Shown: positions 50,234 through 59,006 of the stretch, piece after piece
Layout: every line of letters begins with the position of its first letter
How positions within the stretch are numbered: position 1 is the first letter of the stretch
Assembly (NCBI GenBank): GCA_964621445.1
Contig: CAZUNO010000013.1
Span: 16,257-80,256, forward strand
Length of the DNA: 64,000 bases
Reading direction: 5' to 3'
DNA from: Candidatus Hadarchaeota archaeon
Lineage (GTDB): Archaea > CAYQAE01 > CAYVLA01
The notes under the pieces: model-generated
Seen by the model: only the letters and a program-made list of their open reading frames with translations
Told to the model about the DNA's origin: nothing
Databases searched by the model: none
Program-made: the position numbers and the translations under genes

Positions 50234-51715
50234 TTGAGAGCTAAGGTAGTTCTTGGAACTGTGGGCGTTATTCTCAAATTCTTCTCCCTCGCCTTTCTCC
50301 TTCCGGTTATCGCTGCTTTCTACTTTGCCGAGCAGGGCTTTGACCTTGCCTGGGGCCGTCTGCCACTATCAGCTCTGATCTTTATCCTTTGCTTTGGCAT
50401 CTCAGTAATCACTGGATTCCTGTTTCAAAGTATAGGTAGCACCGAGGACTTCACGGACAAAGAGGGCTTTGCCATCGTCTCCGGTGGATGGCTGATTGTT
50501 GCTCTATTCTCATGTCTGCCATTCATACTCACCGGGACACTGGCATCCCTGCCCGATGCCTACTTCGAGTCGATGTCCGGCCTAACCACCACTGGAGCAA
50601 CCGTCCTCCCTTATCCCCTGGAACAACACCCACAGAGCGTTCTCTTCTGGCGAGCACTGCTTCAATGGCTGGGGGGAATGGGTATCATAGTACTCAGCGT
50701 CGCCGTTTTGACCAGGCTGACCAAGGGGGGGAGAAAACTTATGGAATCGGAGGCACCTGGCCCATCTCTTCACAAGCTCAAGCCAACTATAATGCAGACG
50801 GCAAAACTGCTCTGGCTGGTGTATGTATTTTTCACCGTGGGCGAGATACTCTGTCTACTCTTCCTGGGGGTCCCTCCATACGAGTCGGTCTATCACGCTT
50901 TCACTACCATGTCAACGGGTGGATTTTCCATTCACACCGAAAGCGTGGCTCATTATTCGGGGGCCGTACACTGGGTTATCATTGGGTTCATGATCATTGC
51001 TGGCTCCAATTTCACCATCCATTATCATGCCCTTCACGGCCGTTTTTCGGAATATAGAAAGGATCCGGAGTTCAGGTTCTACCTCTTGGTGATGGTGGTG
51101 GCCATAGCTCTGGTGGCCCTTGACTTAATATCAAGTGGATATGTCGACCTGGAGGGAATAAGATTGTCCGCTTTCCAGACCATATCCATTATGACCACCA
51201 CAGGGTTCACCACCGCCAACTATGAGACCTGGTCCAACCTTTCCAGGTTTATACTTTTCATGCTCATGTTCGTGGGAGGTTGCGCGGGGTCAACCAGCGG
51301 GGCAATGAAACAGGTCCGAATTCTATTGCTGCTAAAGATGCTCAACAAGAAGCTCCGCCAATTGCTCCATCCCCACGCGGTTCTCAACGTCAGGCTGGGG
51401 AAGACCCTCAGCGATGAGGCCCTGCACACGGTGAGCATGTTCTTCTTCGCCTATTTGCTCCTGTTCGTTCTTTCAACCGCTGCCCTACTTGGACTAGGAT
51501 TGGACCTCATCACCGGGGCATCTGCCGCCGCGTCCTGTCTGGGGAACGTGGGGCCAGCGCTCGGTATGCTAGGACCCGAGTTCAGTTACGCCGCCGTGCC
51601 GGGGCTTGCAAAGGGATGGCTGGCCATTTGTATGTGGCTGGGGAGACTGGAGATATTTGCGGCCCTGATTCTTTTTGTGCCCACGGCATACAAGCGGGAA
51701 AGCTTCCTTGAATGA
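50234..51715 (+). CDS. trkH: Trk system potassium uptake protein TrkH
   Basis: FESMSGLTTTGAT, QWLGGMGII, STGGFS, GGCAGSTSG, GNVGP and GRLEI. Confidence 0.95.
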   Translation: MRAKVVLGTVGVILKFFSLAFLLPVIAAFYFAEQGFDLAWGRLPLSALIFILCFGISVITGFLFQSIGSTEDFTDKEGFAIVSGGWLIVALFSCLPFILTGTLASLPDAYFESMSGLTTTGATVLPYPLEQHPQSVLFWRALLQWLGGMGIIVLSVAVLTRLTKGGRKLMESEAPGPSLHKLKPTIMQTAKLLWLVYVFFTVGEILCLLFLGVPPYESVYHAFTTMSTGGFSIHTESVAHYSGAVHWVIIGFMIIAGSNFTIHYHALHGRFSEYRKDPEFRFYLLVMVVAIALVALDLISSGYVDLEGIRLSAFQTISIMTTTGFTTANYETWSNLSRFILFMLMFVGGCAGSTSGAMKQVRILLLLKMLNKKLRQLLHPHAVLNVRLGKTLSDEALHTVSMFFFAYLLLFVLSTAALLGLGLDLITGASAAASCLGNVGPALGMLGPEFSYAAVPGLAKGWLAICMWLGRLEIFAALILFVPTAYKRESFLE

Positions 51716-51746
51716 TTTCTAGTGCGTTGGATGGGTTCCAGGTTTG

Positions 51747-52721
51747 TCAACTCTTGGTTCCACGAAAGCTCCTGTATATCAGGCCGATGCTGAGGGCTAG
51801 GCCCGCAATCCACCCAATTGAGAGCATTATTAACCTCCTGGTTTCGGCTTTTTCCTCTTTTTCATCCCTTTCCAGCCTAAGGTCCTGAATTCTTTCCCTA
51901 TGTTGGGAAATAATTTCCGGATAGGATGAACCGTACTTGGAGTTTCTGGTTGTACCATCTACTGTCCATTCTAGGGAATCCATCAACAACATCTGGAAGT
52001 TCTCATCTCCCAGTAGCTTACCGTAATAGTTCCTCGCATCCTCCCTGGACCTCACGAAACAGCCCGTGAAGGACACGGACCTTGACCCTCCATCTGACTC
52101 GTAGGCAATTACCAGGGGTGCCCCACTTTTCCTATCCCTGTAGAGCACTGACCTATCGCCGCCCTCGTGTTCAGGTTCGATAACCTCTCGAGAGGTTGTA
52201 CCCGAATAGGTGAAGAACTGGCCGACCAGGTCCATTTCCGTTGGCAGGTCGGTGAAGCCCTCCATTGATTCATCACGAACGTACTCGTTAACGCTCATCC
52301 CTTCCTTAATGGTTGGTGAACCCGTGGAGTTTCCATAGACCGGGAAAACATCCCGGGCTAGAGTGCCTACCTTGGATTGGCTACAGCAGCCTTGAAACCC
52401 TATTGCTGCACCACCACTCTGGAAGTAGGTTGTCATGGGTTCGACCAGGGTCTTAACTTCGGTGGCCATTAGAACCGGGAGGATAACGCATTCCACATCG
52501 GGCATGGGCAGCATGCAGGAGAGCACGCTGGCATCCTCCACCACCACTACTTCATAACCGTTCTCGGAACTATTAGCAATAATATCAGATATCCCCTGCG
52601 CGAAACCCGGCATCCGGGAACTGTAGATGAGGACCAGGCCTTCACCGCTTCCCCCCATGCAGGTATCGAGGAAGACAAGAGCCAGGAGAATGACCGCAAT
52701 TCTGAGAATGGATTTCATCAA
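51747..52721 (-). CDS. Secreted ThuA/GATase-like protein with coiled coil and C-terminal TM, paralog family B (copy 3)
   Basis: Signal peptide, LVLIY, YFQSGGAAIG, VFPVYG, GAPLVIAY and YYGKLLGDENFQ, then a coiled coil and TM helix. Confidence 0.75.
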   Translation of the reverse strand: MMKSILRIAVILLALVFLDTCMGGSGEGLVLIYSSRMPGFAQGISDIIANSSENGYEVVVVEDASVLSCMLPMPDVECVILPVLMATEVKTLVEPMTTYFQSGGAAIGFQGCCSQSKVGTLARDVFPVYGNSTGSPTIKEGMSVNEYVRDESMEGFTDLPTEMDLVGQFFTYSGTTSREVIEPEHEGGDRSVLYRDRKSGAPLVIAYESDGGSRSVSFTGCFVRSREDARNYYGKLLGDENFQMLLMDSLEWTVDGTTRNSKYGSSYPEIISQHRERIQDLRLERDEKEEKAETRRLIMLSIGWIAGLALSIGLIYRSFRGTKS

Positions 52722-52722
52722 G

Positions 52723-53562
52723 TCACCTACCTATTGGTATCCCCTTTACCTGGAGAAGGGTAAGATTGCCATCGGCGTATCCCTCTACCACCTGAATTAC
52801 CAGTCTTTCGGTGGCTCCCAGGGGAATTTCGGGCAGCTCCTCCACTTCCACCTGCACCTCAAAAATAACCGATATCTTCTGGTCCTTTTCCAGATCCTCA
52901 TATCTCAGTATGCCTATGGGGGCCGACTCCAGATCGAACCCAATATACTCGCTCCTATTCCCATCTTTGGATATCAGCAGGTAATCCAGGGTCTGGGGGG
53001 CACCCAGGAAGAAACCGGTTCGTCCCTCGAAGTACCTCACCGTCCTATTTGCCTTCAAGACAAGGAACAGTGACGGCCACTCCGATAGTTCCTGAACTGA
53101 ATTGCAGAAAAGCCCCAGGAAGCGGCTGAAGTCATAAAGAACTGCATCGTATCTCGTTTCGTTGATAACCAGGCTCCTGACGATTATCTCTGGACTCCCT
53201 CCTAGGGACTCAGTTCTCTCCCTCATGACCTCTATGGTTTTGATATGCTCAGCGAAATCTACCACATCGGCGGTTGGTTCCGAGGTCAGCTCACTCCAGT
53301 CATAACCCGGCTCCTTTTCGTAAAGGGATGCAAATCTTAGCTCCATCTCGCCGAGCTTACGTCCTGAAATCACGGCGAACGAGAACGAGGTGTCGACTCC
53401 TTTCTGGGCTGACTTCTTGACGAATATCTCTGGATACTGATTCCTAAGGAGAAGAATATCCTCCGTTTCTTCGAATTCGAAAATCGTTAATACTATAAGT
53501 GTCGATAGAATGACCGCGGTGACCAGGATACTGACAAGCCTGGGATCGATACCAGCCAACAC
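52723..53562 (-). CDS. Unknown N-terminally membrane-anchored protein, paralog family A (copy 4)
   Basis: VILSTLI TM, RNQYP, FSFAVIS, YDF, YFEGRTGFF, LEKDQ and IQVVEGYADG. Confidence 0.8.
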   Translation of the reverse strand: MLAGIDPRLVSILVTAVILSTLIVLTIFEFEETEDILLLRNQYPEIFVKKSAQKGVDTSFSFAVISGRKLGEMELRFASLYEKEPGYDWSELTSEPTADVVDFAEHIKTIEVMRERTESLGGSPEIIVRSLVINETRYDAVLYDFSRFLGLFCNSVQELSEWPSLFLVLKANRTVRYFEGRTGFFLGAPQTLDYLLISKDGNRSEYIGFDLESAPIGILRYEDLEKDQKISVIFEVQVEVEELPEIPLGATERLVIQVVEGYADGNLTLLQVKGIPIGR

Positions 53563-53701
53563 CAGGACTCGATCGTTTCTTTCTCTTATATTTTGCGATT
53601 GGAATATTCTTGGAAGGGAAAACCCAAGCCCTATCCCATTATAATTTAAGATTGCTGATTAATACCATTTTTCAACTTGTGGAGAACGAGATTCCCTGGT
53701 T

Positions 53702-54700
53702 ATGAATATGACCAAGGACATTGGATTTGGGATCGTTGGCCTCGGCATGGGAGCAAACAGGGCAAAAACCGCCGCAAACACTGATGGAGCTAACCTGGTT
53801 TGTGTATGTGACCTCCAGGAGGAAAAGGCAAAATCACTGTCCGAGAAACTAGATTGTGATTATTACACGGACCTCGATGAAGTCCTCCAAAGAGATGATG
53901 TGGATGTCGTGGGAGTCATGACCCCCAGTGGAACCCATGCAGATGTTGGCATCCAGGCATTGGAAGCAGGAAAGCACGTTTTCACCACCAAGCCAATGGA
54001 CATCAGCCTGGAGAAGTGCGATGCCTTTATCTCCGCGGCCAGGGATGCTGACAGAATACTTGCAGTGGACTTCCAGTGCCGCTATGATGATGACAATCGA
54101 AGACTCCACCAATTTCTATCCCAGGAGGGTCTGGGGGGACTGATACTTGGCGACCTCAGGATGAAATGGTTCAGAGACCAGGACTACTACGAGGGCGGCT
54201 TCCCCCGAGGCTGGAAAAAAGACGTCCAATACGAAGGAGGATCAGCAGCAAACCAAGGAGTACACTACATAGACCTTCTACAATGGTTCTGTGGACCCGT
54301 AAAAGAAGTCTACGGAAGAGCAGGCACCATGGGACACGACATATCCACAGAAGACATCAGCCTAGCAATACTCACCTTCCAAAACGGATCCTGGGGCATG
54401 ATAGAAACAACCACCTGCAGCTACCCAAGCCTAGGAACACGCATAGAAATAACCGGCGAGAAGGGAACTGCAATCTGGGATAGGAAGGGATCGAGCTTGG
54501 AGATCAAGGATTCCGCCGATTTCGAGATAGGGGACATATCCATTAAACCAGGACCGGACAATATAATCGAGGACATGATAGGGGCGATAAACGAAGGCAA
54601 ACCGGTAGCGGTATCCGGTGAGGAGGGAAAGAAATCCGTTAAGATCTTCAACGCCATATACGAATCCTCCAGCAAGGACAAGAAAGTCGAGATAAACTAA
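53702..54700 (+). CDS. Gfo/Idh/MocA family oxidoreductase
   Basis: GIVGLGMG, HVFTTKP and NQGVHYIDLL. Confidence 0.9.
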   Translation: MNMTKDIGFGIVGLGMGANRAKTAANTDGANLVCVCDLQEEKAKSLSEKLDCDYYTDLDEVLQRDDVDVVGVMTPSGTHADVGIQALEAGKHVFTTKPMDISLEKCDAFISAARDADRILAVDFQCRYDDDNRRLHQFLSQEGLGGLILGDLRMKWFRDQDYYEGGFPRGWKKDVQYEGGSAANQGVHYIDLLQWFCGPVKEVYGRAGTMGHDISTEDISLAILTFQNGSWGMIETTTCSYPSLGTRIEITGEKGTAIWDRKGSSLEIKDSADFEIGDISIKPGPDNIIEDMIGAINEGKPVAVSGEEGKKSVKIFNAIYESSSKDKKVEIN

Positions 54701-54803
54701 GCCCACCGGGAGTTGATGATCCCCATACCCATGAAACTTGCAGCTATAGCCGTCAACCCTCACCCCACAAAACCTTTTTGACTACGGCCAGTATGAGTCA
54801 CCC

Positions 54804-56240
54804 ATGAACGTTCTCTTTCTGATGTCCGATTCCCTTGCACCCCATTTCACCGGGGTCTATGGAGATGAGGCGGGCAGTACGCCCAATCTTGATCAGCTGG
54901 CCTCCCGGGGCGTCGTATTTGATAATGCCTACTGTAATTCACCGCTCTGCGTACCCTCCAGAGCGAGCTTGGTCACCGGGCGACACTGTTCAGACCTGAA
55001 CTGCTACGATAATGCCAGCGCGTTCTCATCCGAGTGGCCGACCATCGGCCACGCCCTAGGAGCTTCCGGGTTCGACGCTGACATCATCGGGAAGGCTCAT
55101 TTCGTTGGCCATGACCAGAAACACGGATTTGACTCAAGGATCTGTCTTCAAACCGATTACACAACCGAATATGACCCGCTCGAATACCTCTTGGCATATG
55201 ACTGGACCCAACCTTCAGGGGGCAACCCGGCCGGCCCAGAATGGATGGGCCCGAGCTACGTTAAATCAGAGGAATGGGATTACTACCCGAAACACTACGA
55301 CGCGGATGAGCAGATACATGAAGCAGCACTCTCATATCTAAAGAAGAAGAGCCCTGGTTCTGACCCCTTCTTCTGCTGCGTTTCCTACCACCAACCCCAC
55401 AACCCCTTTTGGATTCCGGAGGAGATTCGCGATCGCTTTAGTGACAAAGAGCTTCCCCTACCCCGAATCCCTGAAGAAGTCGAGACCCGGCACGGACCCA
55501 TGGACAAATGGCTGGATGACTTCCACTATGTGCCACAGGTCCGGGAGGAGATGATGGGGGAGGAAAACCTAAGGTGGCTATACGAGACCTATTATGGCAT
55601 GACATACGACATGGATCACAAGGTGGGCGAGGTTCTAGAACTATTGAAGCAGAGAGGGCTAGATCAAGACACCGCCATCGTTTTCTGTAGCGATCATGGA
55701 GATATGCTGGGCCATAGGGGGATGCTCCAGAAGAGATACTTCTACGAAAGGTCGGTGAGGGTGGTGCTGATTTTCTCCTTTCCGAATCATTGGAAGGAGG
55801 GGATTAGGATAAACACCCCGGTATCTTTGGTTGACCTTTACCCCACTGTGGCGGAAATGACCAGATCTGAGGCCCCGCCGGGACTTGCTGGCGAAAGCCT
55901 GATGCCCTCCATCGAGGAGGGAGAGGAGCCGGAGAAGAGGCCGGTTTTCTGTGAATATCACGGCGAAGGAGTTCATGCCCCCTGCATAATGACCAGATGG
56001 GGCGAATTCAAATATATCTACGTGCATGGCCACGAGGAAAGGCTCTACAACGTTGAAGAGGACCCGGACGAATATGTGAACCTGATTGATGATCATAGAT
56101 ACTCCAAGATAGTTTCTGATCTAAAACAGGTCACCCTCAAGCAGTTCGACCCGGACCGGATCACCGAACAGGCCCTTGCAAGCCAGCGTAATAGAAGATT
56201 CATCTATGAGCGGACGAAAGAGGAACAGAATCTGGACTAG
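54804..56240 (+). CDS. Cys-type (FGly) sulfatase, choline-sulfatase-like
   Basis: NVLFLMSD, SPLCVPSRAS (CxPxR), GKAHF and SDHGDMLG. Confidence 0.9.
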   Translation: MNVLFLMSDSLAPHFTGVYGDEAGSTPNLDQLASRGVVFDNAYCNSPLCVPSRASLVTGRHCSDLNCYDNASAFSSEWPTIGHALGASGFDADIIGKAHFVGHDQKHGFDSRICLQTDYTTEYDPLEYLLAYDWTQPSGGNPAGPEWMGPSYVKSEEWDYYPKHYDADEQIHEAALSYLKKKSPGSDPFFCCVSYHQPHNPFWIPEEIRDRFSDKELPLPRIPEEVETRHGPMDKWLDDFHYVPQVREEMMGEENLRWLYETYYGMTYDMDHKVGEVLELLKQRGLDQDTAIVFCSDHGDMLGHRGMLQKRYFYERSVRVVLIFSFPNHWKEGIRINTPVSLVDLYPTVAEMTRSEAPPGLAGESLMPSIEEGEEPEKRPVFCEYHGEGVHAPCIMTRWGEFKYIYVHGHEERLYNVEEDPDEYVNLIDDHRYSKIVSDLKQVTLKQFDPDRITEQALASQRNRRFIYERTKEEQNLD

Positions 56241-56251
56241 GACTCAATGGA

Positions 56252-57340
56252 TTATTGCTCCCAGCCCAGGTGCTTCTTCATAAGCCGGATGAAATGGCAG
56301 TAATTCGGGTAGCTAATGTCAGGGGGCATTCCGTGATCGCAACTTGGAATAAAACCTCCGTCCTCCACTAGCTGGGGAACCTTGCTTTCGAACTCCCTCT
56401 CCAGATGCTTTCCGCCCTTGGCGATCTTGGTTTTGTCTATTCCTCCCAGGAACGAAATCTTATGCCCGAGTTCCTCCCGTAATTTTAGAATATCATTTCC
56501 GGCCATTACTTCCACCGGACATGTGGAGTTGATTCCGGCCTCCAACCATACCGGTGCGATATCATGTATGTATCCGTCGGAGTCGAGCATGATTACTGGC
56601 ACGCCGTATTCTTTGAACCGTCTCACCCACTTCCTGTAGCCTGGAAGCATGAACTCCCTCATCATGTCCGGCGATATCATGGAACGTCCCTTATACGCCA
56701 TGTCCTCGTTGAGAATTATGTAGTCGACATCAACCTCTCTGAGTAATCTCCCGGTGACATCCAGGACGAATTCCGTCCAGAAATCCATCATCAAATGAAC
56801 TAGGTCGGGATCCTGGTGAAACATTATCGACAGGTTCTTTAGACCGGTCCAGTCCCTGGTACGCCAGAAAAGCGAGGGCAGGCTGAGACCAACGGGGTAA
56901 TCGCGATCCTCTAATGATTTGGCCTCCTGTTCCCAGAAATCCGGGTACCTGGCCGGGCTTCTTGGATTGTACCTCCACATCATATCCTCGAAATCTTCCC
57001 TCTTCTTCACGGGAAATTCATGCCATTTCCGGGTCACGAACCCTGGGGTAGCCGGTTCCTTCTCATATTCCACCACAGCCCCCATTTTATCCCTAATTAT
57101 CCTATGATTACCCTGGATCCGCAGAACCTTTTCCTCAAATGGGGGTAAAGGGTTGAAGTTCACGGGCAATCCCGAGGTTCGTTCCAGGCCGTGTATCCGG
57201 ATGTGACTATCATCCTCCGGAAGTCCCTCCTTATGCCAACGTCTAAGAGTCGACTCCCGAGGCCCGAAACGGTGGGTAAGAAACACCTTATCCGGATTTC
57301 CAAAATTCAGCGATCGGATAAACCGTTCTCTGCTATTCAT
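56252..57340 (-). CDS. Uroporphyrinogen decarboxylase/MtaA-CmuA family protein
   Basis: NSRERF, NEDMAYKGRSMISP, DSDG, GGIDK and PSCDHGMP. It is paralogous to the ORF at 45465. Confidence 0.85.
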   Translation of the reverse strand: MNSRERFIRSLNFGNPDKVFLTHRFGPRESTLRRWHKEGLPEDDSHIRIHGLERTSGLPVNFNPLPPFEEKVLRIQGNHRIIRDKMGAVVEYEKEPATPGFVTRKWHEFPVKKREDFEDMMWRYNPRSPARYPDFWEQEAKSLEDRDYPVGLSLPSLFWRTRDWTGLKNLSIMFHQDPDLVHLMMDFWTEFVLDVTGRLLREVDVDYIILNEDMAYKGRSMISPDMMREFMLPGYRKWVRRFKEYGVPVIMLDSDGYIHDIAPVWLEAGINSTCPVEVMAGNDILKLREELGHKISFLGGIDKTKIAKGGKHLEREFESKVPQLVEDGGFIPSCDHGMPPDISYPNYCHFIRLMKKHLGWEQ

Positions 57341-57441
57341 CCATGCAACAAATCACCCTCCCCTTTTAGTTCTTCCCCAAACCAGCGCCCAGCATTCCTA
57401 CAGAACACATATAGCTCCATTAACTACTCCTCAGGAGGAGA

Positions 57442-58293
57442 TTGGTCATCATGGAGAAGATGAAGGTTGCCGCCGTATCCACCCGGAACTGGATTGGAGA
57501 GCAGGATAGAAGCATAAAAAATATGGAAAAATGGGCCAAAAAGGCCGCCAAGAAGGGGGCCGAATTCATTCTTTTTCCTGAATTAGGGGTAAATGGATAT
57601 TTCCATTCTACGCACACATGGGATGTGGCTGAGCCGGTGCCCGGGCCATCCGTGAACCGGTTGATAGAGATGGCAGGGTGTCTGGACGTAATTCTCTGCT
57701 TCGGAATACTGGAAAAGGATGCCGACGTGGTCTATAACACCCAGGTCGTCGTTAACGGGGATGGTATCATGGGCAAGCAAAGGAAGATACACATGCCTGG
57801 AGACGAGTATCTATACTGGCGGGGGGGTTTTGAGATAGATACAATAGACATAGGAAAGGCCAGGATCGGGATAACCATCTGCTATGACTCCCTATTCAGC
57901 GAGATGGCCAGAACGCTGTTCTTCAAAGGCGCCGAGATTCTGGTCATGCCCTTCGCCTATAATACCGGGCCCCGGGCCCAATTTCCAGAGGAGGACCTGA
58001 CCGCTCTAACCTACAGGGTGCATTGCTATATCAACGGGGCATACGGCATACTGGCCAACAATGCCGGAAAACGGGAGAAAAGCGATATGGAGGACGAGGA
58101 GAGGACATTTCCGGGATGGGCGGGAATTATAGATCCCCACGGCAAGATCGCTGAATTCACCCGTGAAGACGGACGGGGGGAGGCCATGGCAATAGCGGAA
58201 TTAGATCCCGAAAAGATGGCGGAAAGGCGGAGAAACACATATTTCGTTCCCAGATGTCTAAGACCCGATCTTTATAGATCCATAAATGGGTGA
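57442..58293 (+). CDS. Carbon-nitrogen hydrolase (nitrilase superfamily)
   Basis: Catalytic triad motifs FPEL, RKIH and ICYD. Confidence 0.9.
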   Translation: MVIMEKMKVAAVSTRNWIGEQDRSIKNMEKWAKKAAKKGAEFILFPELGVNGYFHSTHTWDVAEPVPGPSVNRLIEMAGCLDVILCFGILEKDADVVYNTQVVVNGDGIMGKQRKIHMPGDEYLYWRGGFEIDTIDIGKARIGITICYDSLFSEMARTLFFKGAEILVMPFAYNTGPRAQFPEEDLTALTYRVHCYINGAYGILANNAGKREKSDMEDEERTFPGWAGIIDPHGKIAEFTREDGRGEAMAIAELDPEKMAERRRNTYFVPRCLRPDLYRSING

Positions 58294-58996
58294 TACCGTG
58301 TCCAGGAGAACAAAGATAGTTGCTCATCGTGGGGCCTCTACCCTGGCTCCCGAGAACACCATGTCCTCAATAGAAGCGGCTTTGAAATTGGACGTGGATA
58401 TGATCGAGGTTGATGTGAGAACAACGTGGGAAGGTGAAATCGTTCTAATGCATGATTCCGACGTCTCCAGGACTACCGACGGAAGCGGTCTGGTATCCGA
58501 GCTGACGATCCAGGATCTTGCCTCACTTGACGCTGGGTCCTGGTTTTCTCCTCGTTTCTTGAATGAGGAAATCCCGACCCTGGACCAGGCCCTAGAGGCG
58601 GTACGGGGAACCTGCGGGCTCTGTATCGAGGTCAAGGATGCGGCTCCCTCAGAAGTCCTGGCCCGGGTTCAGACCCACCAGTGTCTGGAACAGGTCGTGA
58701 TATTTGATTTTAATCATGAGCGTCTTTACGAGATGAGGGAGATATCCCCCGAAATCCAAACCCTGGCACTTGGTGTAACCCGGGAAAATCTTGGTGACCT
58801 AAACACGGATATTTTCGACGCCATCGGCTCCCATAAGTCCCAGGTTTGTAGTCCCCTGGTGGATTCCGCGCATGAACTTGGCCTAGAGGTTTTCGTGTAC
58901 ACCGTGGATGATGGGGTGAAGGCTAGGGAAATGATCTCAATGGGCGCGGACGCCATCATCACCAACGATCCCCAGAAAATTATGAAAACCCTCTAG
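58286..58996 (+). CDS. Glycerophosphodiester phosphodiesterase
   Basis: AHRGAS..APENT, IEVDV, MHD..V.RTTDG, IEVK and IITNDP. Confidence 0.93.
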   Translation: MGDTVSRRTKIVAHRGASTLAPENTMSSIEAALKLDVDMIEVDVRTTWEGEIVLMHDSDVSRTTDGSGLVSELTIQDLASLDAGSWFSPRFLNEEIPTLDQALEAVRGTCGLCIEVKDAAPSEVLARVQTHQCLEQVVIFDFNHERLYEMREISPEIQTLALGVTRENLGDLNTDIFDAIGSHKSQVCSPLVDSAHELGLEVFVYTVDDGVKAREMISMGADAIITNDPQKIMKTL

Positions 58997-59006
58997 GTAA
59001 AAACTG

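Noticed and set aside
54166-54483. Arg/His/Asn-rich 105-aa overlapping ORF
   Set aside because: It is a by-product of the lack of third-position T in the host gene's skewed tract.
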